Positions 17,248-27,971 of a stretch of DNA of 64,000 bases are shown here, one piece after another; position 1 is the first letter of the stretch, and each line of letters starts with the position of its first letter. This DNA is from an uncultured Gemmatimonadota bacterium (GTDB lineage: Bacteria > SM23-81 > DAOVCL01). Where the stretch lies: NCBI GenBank assembly GCA_964626665.1, contig CAZVGK010000012.1:1-64000 (forward strand), given 5' to 3'. A program made the translations under genes and the position numbers. Below the pieces are notes generated by a model that worked only from the letters and a program-made list of their open reading frames with translations, made no database searches and had not been told where the DNA came from.

Positions 17248-20200
17248 CTAATAGGAGTGGTTTTTCTTAACTTTGGTCTCAAAGATTGAATACATTACTG
17301 GAACAAGAACTAAGGTAACCAAGGTGGAGACCAGTAGGCCGCCGATGACTGAGATAGCCAGAGGACTCCATACCTCCGATCCCTCCCCAGTTCTCAAGGC
17401 AAGAGGTAAAAGGGCAAAAATCGTCGTGAAGGCGGTCATCAGCACTGGCCGCAGCCGGCGAGGGCCGCTGAACAAGATGGCCTCGTAGAGCTTAAGCCCT
17501 CTGGCCCGCATAATGTTGATGTAATCCACTAACACGATGGCATTATTCACCACAATCCCCACCAGCATAACCATACCCACAAAGGAGATCGTGTTGAAGG
17601 TCTTCCCTGTAATGAGTAGCGCCCAGATGACCCCGACCATTGCGAAGGGGATCGAGAAGAGGACGACAAAGGGATCGAGGAACGACTCAAACTGCGCCGC
17701 CATCACCATATACACCAGAATGATGCCAAAAATGAGGGCGAGTCCAAGCCAGCGAAAGCTCTCGGCCTGGTCCTGGGCGGAGCCTCCGATCTCCACATCA
17801 ATCCCCTCTGGGATAGTCATCTTCGCCAATTCTTTTTTCACATCGGCGACCACCTTCCCCAGCGACCGTTTGTAGAGACCGCCTCCCACGCGGACGATGC
17901 GCTCTTGATCCTTGCGTTCAATGGTCAAGGGACCTCTTCTCTCCACAATCCTGGCGATGTTGCTGATGGGGATCTGTTCGCCCAAAGGAGAGGTAACAAA
18001 GGCGTTCTCCAGATCGGCTATGCTCTGTCGATCCGAGCCCTGCAGCCTAACAAAGGTGTCATATTCCTCTCCGCCCTCCCGGTATTTGGTGGCCACCTGT
18101 CCGTAGAACTGGGTGCGCAGGGGGTTGGCAATCTGGGCCATGTTCAATCCCAAAGCCGATGCTTTCTTGCGGTCCACTTCAACCCAGAGTTCGGGCTTGC
18201 CCTTCTCTCGGGAGATGGTGACATCGGTCAGACCTGGAATTTTATCCATTAGCTTTTTGACCTCGTGGACAAAGGCATCGGTCCTGGTGATATCATAACC
18301 GTAAATTTCAACTGATACCGGCTTGGCTCCACCTGCCATCATTTGCATGGCATCCTGCTTGGCAAAGTCAATGACCTGGATTCCCGGAATCTGGGAGATC
18401 TCCTTACTCAGGGATTGGGCAATGTCTAAATCCGATCGCTTTCTTTCGTTTTTGGGCACCAGCCGTGCATAAGCCATAATGATGTGGGTATCGCTCCTTT
18501 GCCCCATTACTGATTCTATACCCATCTCGCTCATCCCACAGCGGGTGAACATCAATTCTCCTTCCGGCACTTTTTTCTCTATGAGGGCTTCAATCTTATG
18601 CATCACCTGATCGGTGGCTTCTACCCTGGTGCCGACGGGCAGTTCGATCGTCCCGGTTACCTCACTTTCGTCCATAGTGGGCATAAATTCTGTGCCTACG
18701 ACTCGGAACAGAAACAGACTACCCCCAAAAACAAGAAAAGCGATTGCCACCGTGATCCCGCGGTGGTTCAGGGCCCAGTTCAAAACCCTTTTGTAAGTGG
18801 CCTCGAGGTCGGTAAACCATTTTTCACTGAAGTTATGAAATCTTGGCAGAAGCCCTCTACTCTTCTCCGTAGGGGAGGGCACTCTTATAAACTGGGAGGA
18901 GAGCATCGGGGTGAGGGTCAAAGCTGAGAACAGGGAGGCGGCCAAGACGATGATCAACACTAGCCCCAATTCCCGAAACAGGATCCCGGTTAAACCCTTG
19001 ACAAAGATGATGGGGAAAACGATAGCGATCGTGGTGAAAGTGGAGGCCATCACCGCTGCTCCCACTTCCCCAGCCCCATAGATGGATGCCTCCTTCCCGG
19101 ATTCACCCTCAGATCGGTGGCGGTAGCAGTTTTCATAGATGACGATGGCGTTGTCCACCACCATTCCCAGAGCGATGGCAATGGCTGAAAGAGACATCAT
19201 ATTGATGGTGTAGCCACCAGCATAGAGAAAGAGGAAGGCAACGATCAAGGCAACTGGTATGGTCACACCAATTATGAAACTGCCTCGGATCTCCCGTAAG
19301 AAGAAAAAGACAACCAGGATCACGAACAAAAATGCCCAGCCAACAGTGCTGGCCAGGTTGCTGATGGACCTGACGATGAACTCAGAAGAGTCCATAGCCA
19401 GAACGACCTTCACATCAGGCGGCAGCTTCTCCTTCAACTTTGGGAGAACCTCCTTGATGCGATTGGCTACTGTGACTGTGTTGGCCCCGGATTGCTTCTG
19501 CACCATAACAATCAATCCTTGTCCCCCATTGATGCGAACTCGGCGCTCAACCTCCTTGAAGGAATCCTCTACTTCTGCTATATCTTTCAAGTAGATGGGC
19601 GTGCCCTGGGAATTACCCACAATCACATCCCTGATCTCATCAACCCCTTGAAATTCCCCAGGGACCCGGATGATATAGTCTTTTCTCCCAATTTTCAGGT
19701 CTCCGGCGGGCTGACTGAAATTCTCTGCTGCCAGCACTCCAGTTATCTGATTTACTGAGAGGTGATAGGCCTCTAACCTCTGGCGGTCCAGGTTCACCTG
19801 GATCTCCCGTTGTAGTCCCCCCATGATAACGGTCATAGCGACCCCGGGGATGCGCTTCAGCGGATTGCAAAATTTCTCGTCAATGATGTTGTGAAGATCG
19901 GGATAGCTCTGCTGGGCCGTCACCCCAAAAACAATCACCGGCATCATAGAGATATCCATCTTGAAGAGCATAGGCTTTTCCGCATCCTCTGGTAAACGTC
20001 GCTCAGCAAAATCCAATCTCTGTCGCACATCGTTGGCCACCTCATCCAGGTTTGTCCCCCAATCGAACCGCATAGATACCACCGAGATGTTCTCCTTCGA
20101 GGTGGAGGTCACCTCTTTGATGTTCGGGACGGTGCTCACCTGCCCTTCAATGATCTTGGTCACCTTGGTCTCGATATCCTCAGCGCTGGCCCCCGGATAG

Positions 20201-20349
20201 CTGGTAATCACGGCCATTGTGGGTAGCTCCATCTTCGGAAAGAGGTCGATGGGAAGCAGTCTCAAGGCCACCAGACCCAGTATCACAATCGCCACAAAGA
20301 TCATCGTTGTGAAGATGGGGCGCCTAACGCCAAATTCGGGTAGTTTCAT
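17248..20349 (-). CDS. RND efflux transporter permease (AcrB/AcrD/AcrF family)
   Basis: 1033 aa; YPGASAEDIE, GMVVDNAIV, RLRPVLMT. Confidence 0.95.
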   Translation of the reverse strand: MKLPEFGVRRPIFTTMIFVAIVILGLVALRLLPIDLFPKMELPTMAVITSYPGASAEDIETKVTKIIEGQVSTVPNIKEVTSTSKENISVVSMRFDWGTNLDEVANDVRQRLDFAERRLPEDAEKPMLFKMDISMMPVIVFGVTAQQSYPDLHNIIDEKFCNPLKRIPGVAMTVIMGGLQREIQVNLDRQRLEAYHLSVNQITGVLAAENFSQPAGDLKIGRKDYIIRVPGEFQGVDEIRDVIVGNSQGTPIYLKDIAEVEDSFKEVERRVRINGGQGLIVMVQKQSGANTVTVANRIKEVLPKLKEKLPPDVKVVLAMDSSEFIVRSISNLASTVGWAFLFVILVVFFFLREIRGSFIIGVTIPVALIVAFLFLYAGGYTINMMSLSAIAIALGMVVDNAIVIYENCYRHRSEGESGKEASIYGAGEVGAAVMASTFTTIAIVFPIIFVKGLTGILFRELGLVLIIVLAASLFSALTLTPMLSSQFIRVPSPTEKSRGLLPRFHNFSEKWFTDLEATYKRVLNWALNHRGITVAIAFLVFGGSLFLFRVVGTEFMPTMDESEVTGTIELPVGTRVEATDQVMHKIEALIEKKVPEGELMFTRCGMSEMGIESVMGQRSDTHIIMAYARLVPKNERKRSDLDIAQSLSKEISQIPGIQVIDFAKQDAMQMMAGGAKPVSVEIYGYDITRTDAFVHEVKKLMDKIPGLTDVTISREKGKPELWVEVDRKKASALGLNMAQIANPLRTQFYGQVATKYREGGEEYDTFVRLQGSDRQSIADLENAFVTSPLGEQIPISNIARIVERRGPLTIERKDQERIVRVGGGLYKRSLGKVVADVKKELAKMTIPEGIDVEIGGSAQDQAESFRWLGLALIFGIILVYMVMAAQFESFLDPFVVLFSIPFAMVGVIWALLITGKTFNTISFVGMVMLVGIVVNNAIVLVDYINIMRARGLKLYEAILFSGPRRLRPVLMTAFTTIFALLPLALRTGEGSEVWSPLAISVIGGLLVSTLVTLVLVPVMYSIFETKVKKNHSY

Positions 20350-20369
20350 CAGATATTACCTCCACTTTT

Positions 20370-20428
20370 TACAATGAATTGAAAAGATTTGAAAGGATTT
20401 TCCCTTCCATTCCTTTCAATTCTTTGTA
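20370..20428. repeat. Palindromic element flanking the GxxExxY gene (downstream copy)
   Basis: TACAATGAATTGAAA...TTTCAATTCTTTGTA; second copy at 20859-20909; half copy at 16677-16710. Confidence 0.75.
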
Positions 20429-20429
20429 G

Positions 20430-20849
20430 CTATTCCCTTTCGGTTTTCCGTATAAATTTACCCGTTTTATGCTTGTAGAAGTTTCCCAACCTCTTAAATT
20501 CAAGCTCAGGATTAGCAAAATTGACCAGGAGTCCCACATCTAAGTTCGTAGCTCGCAGATACGATATTATCTGCGCTTTAAGCTTTTCATTGAGTTGCTC
20601 CACGGCCTTAGCTTCTACAATAACAGTCTCGTTTACTAAAATGTCTAATCTGTGGTTTCCAACTAAGGCCCCATTATAAAATATCTCCACCAGCTTTTCT
20701 TTTTCGACCCTCATTCCATCATTTTCCAGCTCCACAGCAACTGCATTTTGATATATGCTTTCCAAAAAGCCTGGTCCCAATCTTCGATGGACATTGTAAA
20801 ATGACCTGATTATTTTAGATGTCAGTTCTGCATGCAGATACTCAGGCAT
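20430..20849 (-). CDS. GxxExxY family protein (PD-(D/E)XK nuclease-like)
   Basis: LGPGFLESIYQNA, HRLDILV, IVEAKAV, QIISYL, GLLVNF; AT-richer than its neighbours. Confidence 0.93.
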   Translation of the reverse strand: MPEYLHAELTSKIIRSFYNVHRRLGPGFLESIYQNAVAVELENDGMRVEKEKLVEIFYNGALVGNHRLDILVNETVIVEAKAVEQLNEKLKAQIISYLRATNLDVGLLVNFANPELEFKRLGNFYKHKTGKFIRKTERE

Positions 20850-20858
20850 AACCCTCCT

Positions 20859-20909
20859 TTACAAAGTATTGAAAGGATTTGCAAAGAATTTCCCTTCAAT
20901 TCTTTGTAA
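20859..20909. repeat. Palindromic element flanking the GxxExxY gene (upstream copy), overlapping the adaptor gene stop
   Basis: TTACAAAGTATTGAA...TTCAATTCTTTGTAA. Confidence 0.75.
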
Positions 20910-21819
20910 CTATTTTGACCTCGCTTCCATCCTTCAACATCTGCCCTCCCACCGTGACTATGATCTCGCCTCCTTTCAACCCTGCCAACACCTCCACCAG
21001 GTCTCCTTCACTTAGCCCCAGTTTGATCTCTTTTCTTCTTGCTATCTCACCATTGACCACGAAGACATAGTTTTCGACTCCGCTTTTTAAAATACAATCC
21101 TCGGGGATGACCAAGACATCCCTGTGCTCAGCCACGAGCAACCTCACCCTGGCGAAATATCCCGGTTTCAACCTGTGATCCGGGTTGCGAATGCTGATCT
21201 CCGCCGGAGCTGTTCTGCTCATCGGGTCGACCACCGGGCTCAATCCCGTCAGCCGTCCAAGGAAGACCTCATCAGGATAGGCATCTACCCATATTTCTGC
21301 CTTCTGCCCCTTCTTCACCCTGGGCAGATCCCTTTCGATAATGTTGATCTTGACCTTTACCGTATTCATATAGACGATCATAGCTATAGGGGTTCCCATA
21401 GAGGGAGATGGCTTGGGGGGATTGACGCCACTCCCCTTATCCAAATAGACTCTTCCTACAATCCCGTCAATAGGTGAGGTAACCTCAACGGGCTCAAACT
21501 TCAACCCGGTTATGTCTCGGTCAACAATGGCGATTATCTCCTCCTTCTTCACCCTATCCCCCTCCTGCACCCTGTTTTCTATCAGCTTTCCAGCCACCTT
21601 GGGGTAGACCAGAATCTGGTCCTGAGCCTTTATATCCCCGGTAAAGGAGAGCCTCTCCTCGATATTACCTCTTTTGACGGTATCCACCTCTATAGGCACG
21701 GCTTTGACCTCCTCCACAACCACTTCCCTTTCTTTCCCTGCCTTGTATCTGGTCACTCCCTTGTAGCCGACAAAACCAATAACGGCTAAGATCACTATCC
21801 AGATAATTGTCTTCTTCAT
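20896..21819 (-). CDS. RND efflux periplasmic adaptor (membrane fusion protein)
   Basis: N-terminal TM, lipoyl-like VQEGDRVKK, VDAYPD, LKPGYFARV, VEVLAGLKGGE. Confidence 0.9.
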   Translation of the reverse strand: MKKTIIWIVILAVIGFVGYKGVTRYKAGKEREVVVEEVKAVPIEVDTVKRGNIEERLSFTGDIKAQDQILVYPKVAGKLIENRVQEGDRVKKEEIIAIVDRDITGLKFEPVEVTSPIDGIVGRVYLDKGSGVNPPKPSPSMGTPIAMIVYMNTVKVKINIIERDLPRVKKGQKAEIWVDAYPDEVFLGRLTGLSPVVDPMSRTAPAEISIRNPDHRLKPGYFARVRLLVAEHRDVLVIPEDCILKSGVENYVFVVNGEIARRKEIKLGLSEGDLVEVLAGLKGGEIIVTVGGQMLKDGSEVKIVTKN

Positions 21820-21841
21820 CTTTTCACTCCCTTTGGTTGGG

Positions 21842-23185
21842 TCACTCTATAACCCCTATAGCCCTCTGCAGCCCGGCAATGGCCAAGATTAGATCGTGCA
21901 AAGCCTGATAATGATTGGTCTTGGCCTGAGTCAAGGCCAACTCCGCGCTCATCACATCCAGACTGGTCACCATCCCCTGCTTATACTGTTCCTGGGCGAT
22001 CTCCACACTTCTTTGGGCCTGCCTGAGGTTCTCTTCACTGGAGGAGATTATATCCTCCGCCTCCCTTAAGGCTAAGTAAGCCCCTCTCACCTGGAGCTTA
22101 ATCCCTTCCTGCAACTCCTCCTCCGCCAACTCTATCCTATCCACGGTCACCTTTGCTTCTTGCACCCTGGCTCTGGTATGGAAACCATCGAAGATGGGTA
22201 GGGACAAAACCAGCATACCCGTATAGCTCTTGTCCCATTTGCCCCAATCGAAGGAGAGGCTATTGTTTTCCGCCCTGTAGCTTCCCACAAAGGCCAGGCT
22301 GGGGTTGTCGTTGGCCCTGGCCAATTTGACCATTCTCTCTCCCATCCTCTTTTGATACTCAAGCTGCGCTATTTCGGATCTGGTCTCCAGAGCTATCCCA
22401 AGACAATCCTCTAAGCTGAGTTTGTAGGTAGTTCTCTTCAATTCCCCCTCAACCTCCATCTCCGTAGCTAAGTCTATCCCCAAGGTGTTCTTCAAGCCCA
22501 TAAGAGCCAATTTCAGTCCATCTTGGGCCTTGACAACCCCAGGCTTGAGATTGGCCAAGGAGACCTCGGCCCTGAGGACATCAAATTCAGAGGCCTCTCC
22601 AGCATCGTATCTGATTCTGGTCACCCTCAGGTGTTCCTTAGCCAGTGCCTCCGCCTCCTCGGTGACCTTGACGAACTCCTCAGCTAAAAGGACGCCATAA
22701 AATGTCCTCTTCACCTGGTAGATGGCCTCCTCTTTTGATTGCCTATATCTCTTCTCGGTAACCTTTAGATTCAATTCCGCTGTTTTGTAACCCTGCCAGA
22801 TCCTACCCCAGGTAAAGAGCGGTTGGGTCAGGCTCAAGCTGGCGGTGTAGTCCTTGGTGAAATCCATCTCCACTTTCCTTGTAGCCCCTGAAGGTGGAAA
22901 CATAAATTGGCCGACAGGAAACTCTATTTCGGGGATTCCCTCGAAGAGGGTATAGGAACCCTGGCCGCTGAGCTGAGGGAAGAACCCAGATCTGGCCTGT
23001 TTAACCTTTGCCTGGGCCGTTCTTATGTCCTCCTCGGCCTGGAGGACCCCTTTATTCCTCTCCAGAGCCAGCTTTATGCTCTCCTCTAAGGTTAAAATCA
23101 GTTTCCCCCCAGCAAAGAGGGATTTTACCCCAACAAGAGCAAGAAAGAGGATCAAAAATAGGGAAATCGGTTTTGGACTATTCAT
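21842..23185 (-). CDS. TolC family outer-membrane efflux protein
   Basis: Signal peptide, LTLEESIKLAL, SLTQPLF, LSLPIFDG. Confidence 0.9.
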   Translation of the reverse strand: MNSPKPISLFLILFLALVGVKSLFAGGKLILTLEESIKLALERNKGVLQAEEDIRTAQAKVKQARSGFFPQLSGQGSYTLFEGIPEIEFPVGQFMFPPSGATRKVEMDFTKDYTASLSLTQPLFTWGRIWQGYKTAELNLKVTEKRYRQSKEEAIYQVKRTFYGVLLAEEFVKVTEEAEALAKEHLRVTRIRYDAGEASEFDVLRAEVSLANLKPGVVKAQDGLKLALMGLKNTLGIDLATEMEVEGELKRTTYKLSLEDCLGIALETRSEIAQLEYQKRMGERMVKLARANDNPSLAFVGSYRAENNSLSFDWGKWDKSYTGMLVLSLPIFDGFHTRARVQEAKVTVDRIELAEEELQEGIKLQVRGAYLALREAEDIISSSEENLRQAQRSVEIAQEQYKQGMVTSLDVMSAELALTQAKTNHYQALHDLILAIAGLQRAIGVIE

Positions 23186-23222
23186 ATCTTCCTCCAGAAG
23201 AAAATCTGATCTCCTAAAGTGG

Positions 23223-23837
23223 TTATCCTTTTGCTCCTTCGAAAAAGAGGCTGGCGATCACTGGACTCAACTCCATTAAAGAGCTCTCTCCACCGGTCAA
23301 AATCCATTGGGCGGTGAATGAGTGCACCATTCCGATTAAGGCTATGGCCAAATGATTTGGACCAATAGACTTCAGATCTTTATTGTCAACTGCGGCTTCC
23401 ATCACTCCTTCAACCTCTTCCAAGTAACTCTGAAATCTCCTCACCAGTTCCTTTCTGAGTTTATTTTTAATTCCCATCTCAAACCTGCCTTTCTCCGAGG
23501 TCATAATCTGAAAAAACTCCTTGTTCTTCTCAAAAAACTCAAGGTGAGCTTTGATCAAGTTTTCTATGCTCTCGATAGGGTTTAAGCCGACCTTTATGCT
23601 CTCCTTTATCTTCTTCCCCAGACTGCCCACTTTCTCTCTCATAATGGAGAGGAAAATATCCTCCTTGTTCTTGAAATAGGTGTAAAGAGCACCTTTGCTG
23701 AACTCCGCCCTCTCGGCTATCTCGTCCACGGTGGCCGCATAGAAGCCCTTCTCGGCAAAGATCTCTTCAGCAGCAGAGAGAATGGCCTCCCTGTTGGCCA
23801 GTTTAACCCTTTCTCTTCTAGATAATGATTTATGCAT
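23223..23837 (-). CDS. TetR/AcrR family transcriptional regulator
   Basis: HTH: ILSAAEEIFAEKGF...IAERAEFSKGALYTYFKNKE. Confidence 0.93.
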   Translation of the reverse strand: MHKSLSRRERVKLANREAILSAAEEIFAEKGFYAATVDEIAERAEFSKGALYTYFKNKEDIFLSIMREKVGSLGKKIKESIKVGLNPIESIENLIKAHLEFFEKNKEFFQIMTSEKGRFEMGIKNKLRKELVRRFQSYLEEVEGVMEAAVDNKDLKSIGPNHLAIALIGMVHSFTAQWILTGGESSLMELSPVIASLFFEGAKG

Positions 23838-23840
23838 TTT

Positions 23841-23877
23841 ACCGACCGTTTAGTCTAAAACTGAATGGTTAGTCAAA
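23841..23877 (-). promoter_or_regulatory. Candidate TetR operator (tandem GACTAA-CxxTCxGT boxes)
   Basis: Minus strand gactaaccattcagt and gactaaacggtcggt, immediately before the TetR ATG. Confidence 0.5.
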
Positions 23878-24398
23878 CATAATTGGGCCTTTCCCAAAAG
23901 TCAAGGAAAAAATTTAATTTTTTGCAAAATGGTTTCTGTTCATTCGTAAACCAATTGGGGAAAGGCATCCAGACCCCAATTATAATCCCCCTGGCTAGCC
24001 GGAAGGGAGTCTCAGAAAGGAGGATCTGAGGATGGGGCTCTGTGCTGGGGGGATTCCGATGAGTTGCGGCCCTAAGGCCAGACATGGCACCAGCCTTCTG
24101 TGGGGGCCCGCGGATTTGGATCATATTCAGATAGGGGATCTGAAGGAAGATTCTCATTTGTTAGCCTCGATTTGCCTAACTTCACCCCGCCCTTTTGTCG
24201 CTTTACAGGAGGATAATGCAAGTCACCGAAAAATCATTGCTTCCCCAGGTAATCTCGTTATATTTGTGGCAGTTTAAGTTGCTTCAAGATCCAAGGGAAT
24301 CCGTTGCCATTAAAACCATAGGAAACATTTCCGGTCTTAACACTCTCATCAGAGTTAACTGCTGTAAACTGTAACAGACAATGAGAGGGGAAACCTTT

Positions 24399-26555
24399 AT
24401 GCGAATTAAGATAGCAATTTTATTCATACCTCTTTTGCTCATAGGCGTGGCGCAAAACGCGCGGGCTGCAGGGAAGACGGCCTGCTGGCTCAAGGGCTGG
24501 GTGAGAAACGAGGAAGGGAAACCCCTCCCCTATGCCAACATCTTCTTGAAGGGACGGATAGAGGGGGCAATGAGCGATGAGCAGGGGAACTTCTCCTTCT
24601 CTACTACCGCGCAGGGTAGAATCACCTTGATCTGCTCCTATATCGGCTACAAAACCTATGAGAGGGAGATAACCCTCAGGCCAGGGGAGACGATCAGGCT
24701 GGAGATCAGATTGAAGACCGAGATAATCAAGGGGAGACTGATAACCATCACCGCCAGCAGCTTTACCAGTGCAGACAAAGAGGGGGTAACCCTCTCCAGC
24801 CTGGATGTGGTAACCACCCCCGGGGCAGCAGCGGATGTCCTTTGGGCGATAAAGACCTTTCCCGGTGTAGCTCAGGTGGAGGAGGGAGCCGGGTTGTTCG
24901 TCCGGGGTGGAGATGTTAGCGAGACGGTGATGCTTTTAGATGGGGCCGTCCTCTCCCATCCCTACAAATACGAATCCCCCACCGGTGGATTCTTCGGCAC
25001 CATCAGCCCCTTCCTGCTTAAGGGAACTTACTTCTCCAGTGGAGGATTCTCCGCGCGCTACGGGAATGCCGTCTCCGGAGTATTGGCTATGGAGAGCAGG
25101 GATCTGCCAACAAAGGGGGGAGGCACCTTGGGATTGGGCCTGGCTGCCGAGTCAGGTGAGATCAGACTCCCCCTGATCCCCGGGAAGTTAGGGTTTTCCT
25201 CCTCCGGAAATATCAGTGACACCAAGGCCATGTTCAAGCTGAACAACTCCCAGGGGAGGTTCTCCCAATATCCTTACGCCCATGACCTGAACTTCAACCT
25301 TATGTATCGGTATTCCCCCAGTGGCTACCTTAAGCTCTTCCTCTTTCACGAGATGGATAAGATCGGGGTGAAGGTGAAAGACCCCCAATACGGCGGATTT
25401 TACAAAGGGAAAAGCCTCAATTACCTCTATAATCTGAAATTCAGTAACCTTTTTGTCCATAAGCTCTTGGTCCAGGGCAACCTCGCCTTCACCAATTTTA
25501 AACAGGAATCGCAACTAAACAGGTTAAACCTAAATTGCCAGGATAGGCTGAGCCAGCTTAAGCTCTCGGGGGATTGGGAGGCGGGCAGTGACCTTATCCT
25601 ACGCGGGGGTATATCCCACTTCTCCCGGAAGGTTCTCCAGGCGGGGACCATCCCCCAGGAGGAGGAGGACCTAAACCCCAATGCCCCCATAGATATAGTC
25701 GATACCCACTACCACTCCGGGCTGACCAGTGGCTTCATCGAGGGTGAAATCTATAGCTTCTTGGGGAGGTTCATCCCTGGGCTGCGCGGGGAATATGAAT
25801 CGAACTCCGCGGAGTTTACCCTCGACCCACGTCTCTCCCTGATGTTCCCCTTGGGAGCCCATTCCGGGTTGACCGCTGCCTGGGGGGTCTACCATCAGTA
25901 TTCCAACCCACAATACTATGACCCCAACATCGGTAATCCGAATCTGACAGCGATGGAAGCCACCCACAGGATCTTAGGATACGAGTATCAACAGGGGACC
26001 CAAATCCTTAGGATTGAAACCTACTCTAAGAAATACAGAAAATTGATTTTAGTGGATTCAACCTATAATTATACCAACGATGGCTACGGCTATGCCAAAG
26101 GGATTGATCTATTTGTGAAACGATCCTTTAAGTCGGCATCCGGCTGGTTGTCTTACAGCTACCTTAAATCCAGGCGGAGGTGGAGGGATTTCCCCGATCT
26201 GCGGCCTCCTTATTTCGATATCCCCCACAACCTGACCCTGGTGGCAAAACATGATCTCACCTCACACTTGAACTTGGGGGCAACTTATCGCTTTGCCACG
26301 GGCAAACCCTATACCCCAGCCCCCGGCCAATACAATACTAAGAGGGTCCCCGACTATCAGAGGTTGGATATGAGCTTAAGCTACCTTTGTAGCCTCTTCG
26401 AGGGCAACTTTACCGTTCTCTATCTCTCCGTATCCAACCTTCTAAGAAGGGTAAACATCTTTGACTATCGCTACTCGTCGGATTACAGCCAGAGGGAGCC
26501 GGTGAAGAGCTCCTTCGGGAGATCGGTCTATCTTGGGGTGTCACTGAGTATTTGA
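24399..26555 (+). CDS. TonB-dependent receptor with N-terminal carboxypeptidase-regulatory-like domain
   Basis: Signal peptide, SYIGY, plug motif FPGV..LFVRGG..LDG, GGFSARYG, C-terminal beta strand YLGVSLSI. Confidence 0.9.
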   Translation: MRIKIAILFIPLLLIGVAQNARAAGKTACWLKGWVRNEEGKPLPYANIFLKGRIEGAMSDEQGNFSFSTTAQGRITLICSYIGYKTYEREITLRPGETIRLEIRLKTEIIKGRLITITASSFTSADKEGVTLSSLDVVTTPGAAADVLWAIKTFPGVAQVEEGAGLFVRGGDVSETVMLLDGAVLSHPYKYESPTGGFFGTISPFLLKGTYFSSGGFSARYGNAVSGVLAMESRDLPTKGGGTLGLGLAAESGEIRLPLIPGKLGFSSSGNISDTKAMFKLNNSQGRFSQYPYAHDLNFNLMYRYSPSGYLKLFLFHEMDKIGVKVKDPQYGGFYKGKSLNYLYNLKFSNLFVHKLLVQGNLAFTNFKQESQLNRLNLNCQDRLSQLKLSGDWEAGSDLILRGGISHFSRKVLQAGTIPQEEEDLNPNAPIDIVDTHYHSGLTSGFIEGEIYSFLGRFIPGLRGEYESNSAEFTLDPRLSLMFPLGAHSGLTAAWGVYHQYSNPQYYDPNIGNPNLTAMEATHRILGYEYQQGTQILRIETYSKKYRKLILVDSTYNYTNDGYGYAKGIDLFVKRSFKSASGWLSYSYLKSRRRWRDFPDLRPPYFDIPHNLTLVAKHDLTSHLNLGATYRFATGKPYTPAPGQYNTKRVPDYQRLDMSLSYLCSLFEGNFTVLYLSVSNLLRRVNIFDYRYSSDYSQREPVKSSFGRSVYLGVSLSI

Positions 26556-27157
26556 GATTAACCGCTGGTAATGACTCACCGCGGATAAGCACGGACTAAC
26601 ACAGACGAACCTAAAGTGGCAAAGCCGCACCAGAGCAAGAGCCACGGATCGCACTGAGAAAAAAACCACTACCGTAGATTGGGTATCGTAGCTCGTTACT
26701 CGAAGGGGTTTTTGAGGTGGCAAAACCCAGATTCTGTCGCCGCCTTTTGGCCGTCAGATGGGGGCATCTACCAGCTCAGTGGGTTCTCTTTCGTCTTCTA
26801 CCCCCGCAACAGGTCTAACCCGAATTATTCATTCATAGATTAGTATAACATCTCGAATCGCTAAGGGTTTCTTGTCGTACGGTGTAAACACATAAACCAT
26901 AAAGAATAAAGCGGTTATAGCAATTAGTTGCCAGTTAATGAATAATCCGGCCTAAAGACTTACTCTTATAATGTTTTCCAACGGGTTTTTGGGGCCGTAA
27001 GGGGACCCGCACTAAAGTGGGGTAGAAATTTTGCACCGCAAACTCTGCCCAAAAAACAAGATCTGACAAGTTTTTAGTACAAAGGGATTTGAGAGAAAGT
27101 GAAAGGTTTAAACGATTGAAACGAGCACCCAATTTAACCCTTAGTCAGGAGGTTATA

Positions 27158-27940
27158 ATGAAGAAACTTCTCTTTGTTGTTGGGATGATTCTTGTCATTA
27201 GCTCATTGGCCCATGCTCAGAGTCACGTCGACTCACTAATCATCCAGGGCAAGGAGCAGATCCAGTCTGCGGTTGATGGCTGGGATTTGCAAAAGATGAT
27301 AGCCGCACGGGGTTTCTTTGAACGACTATTGAACGACCCCACCTATCTTTGGCTTGCCCATTATTACATCGGCTACGCCGATATGCGGATTGTGACCTAC
27401 TACTTCAGCAAGGAGGATAAAGATAGGGCCCTGGAGTGGGTTAATGATGGCATTAAACATCTCAAGAAGTCAATTGAGCTGAAGGGCGATTTTGCCGAGC
27501 CCTACAGCCTCCTATCCTCCTTGTATGGGAACAAGATAGGGATCAAACCTCTGCTGGGGATGATCTTAGGGCCCAAATCAGGGGGGGCACAGAAAAAGGC
27601 CTTCGAACTCGCCCCCCAGAACCCCCGTTCCCACCTGATAGCCGGGGAATCGGCCTACTATACCCCGAAGCTCTTCGGCGGCGGGAAGGAGAAGGCCTTG
27701 AAATACCTCCACCAGGCCGCCGAATATTTTATCACCTATCAGCCAAAAGGGGAGATCTACCCCTCGTGGGGTTATGAGGAGACCTATGCCTACTTGGGGT
27801 TAATTCAGATGGACAAGGGCAACTTTGATCTGGCCAGGGAGAATTTCCAGAAAGCGTTACAGATTAACCTTCATTATGGTTGGGTTAAGTTCTACCTGAT
27901 GAAGGAGTTAGAAAAGAAAGCCTCCAAGGAAAAGAAATAG
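27158..27940 (+). CDS. Secreted tetratricopeptide-repeat protein
   Basis: AGGAGG RBS before ATG 27158, signal peptide, TPRs, YYTPKLFGGG motif. Confidence 0.8.
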   Translation: MKKLLFVVGMILVISSLAHAQSHVDSLIIQGKEQIQSAVDGWDLQKMIAARGFFERLLNDPTYLWLAHYYIGYADMRIVTYYFSKEDKDRALEWVNDGIKHLKKSIELKGDFAEPYSLLSSLYGNKIGIKPLLGMILGPKSGGAQKKAFELAPQNPRSHLIAGESAYYTPKLFGGGKEKALKYLHQAAEYFITYQPKGEIYPSWGYEETYAYLGLIQMDKGNFDLARENFQKALQINLHYGWVKFYLMKELEKKASKEKK

Positions 27941-27971
27941 ATGTGGTTGCATATTTTGGTGGTATGAACCT

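Noticed and set aside
17064-17282. 72-aa ORF between the RND gene and the P-II-like gene
   Set aside because: It consists mostly of palindromic repeat DNA
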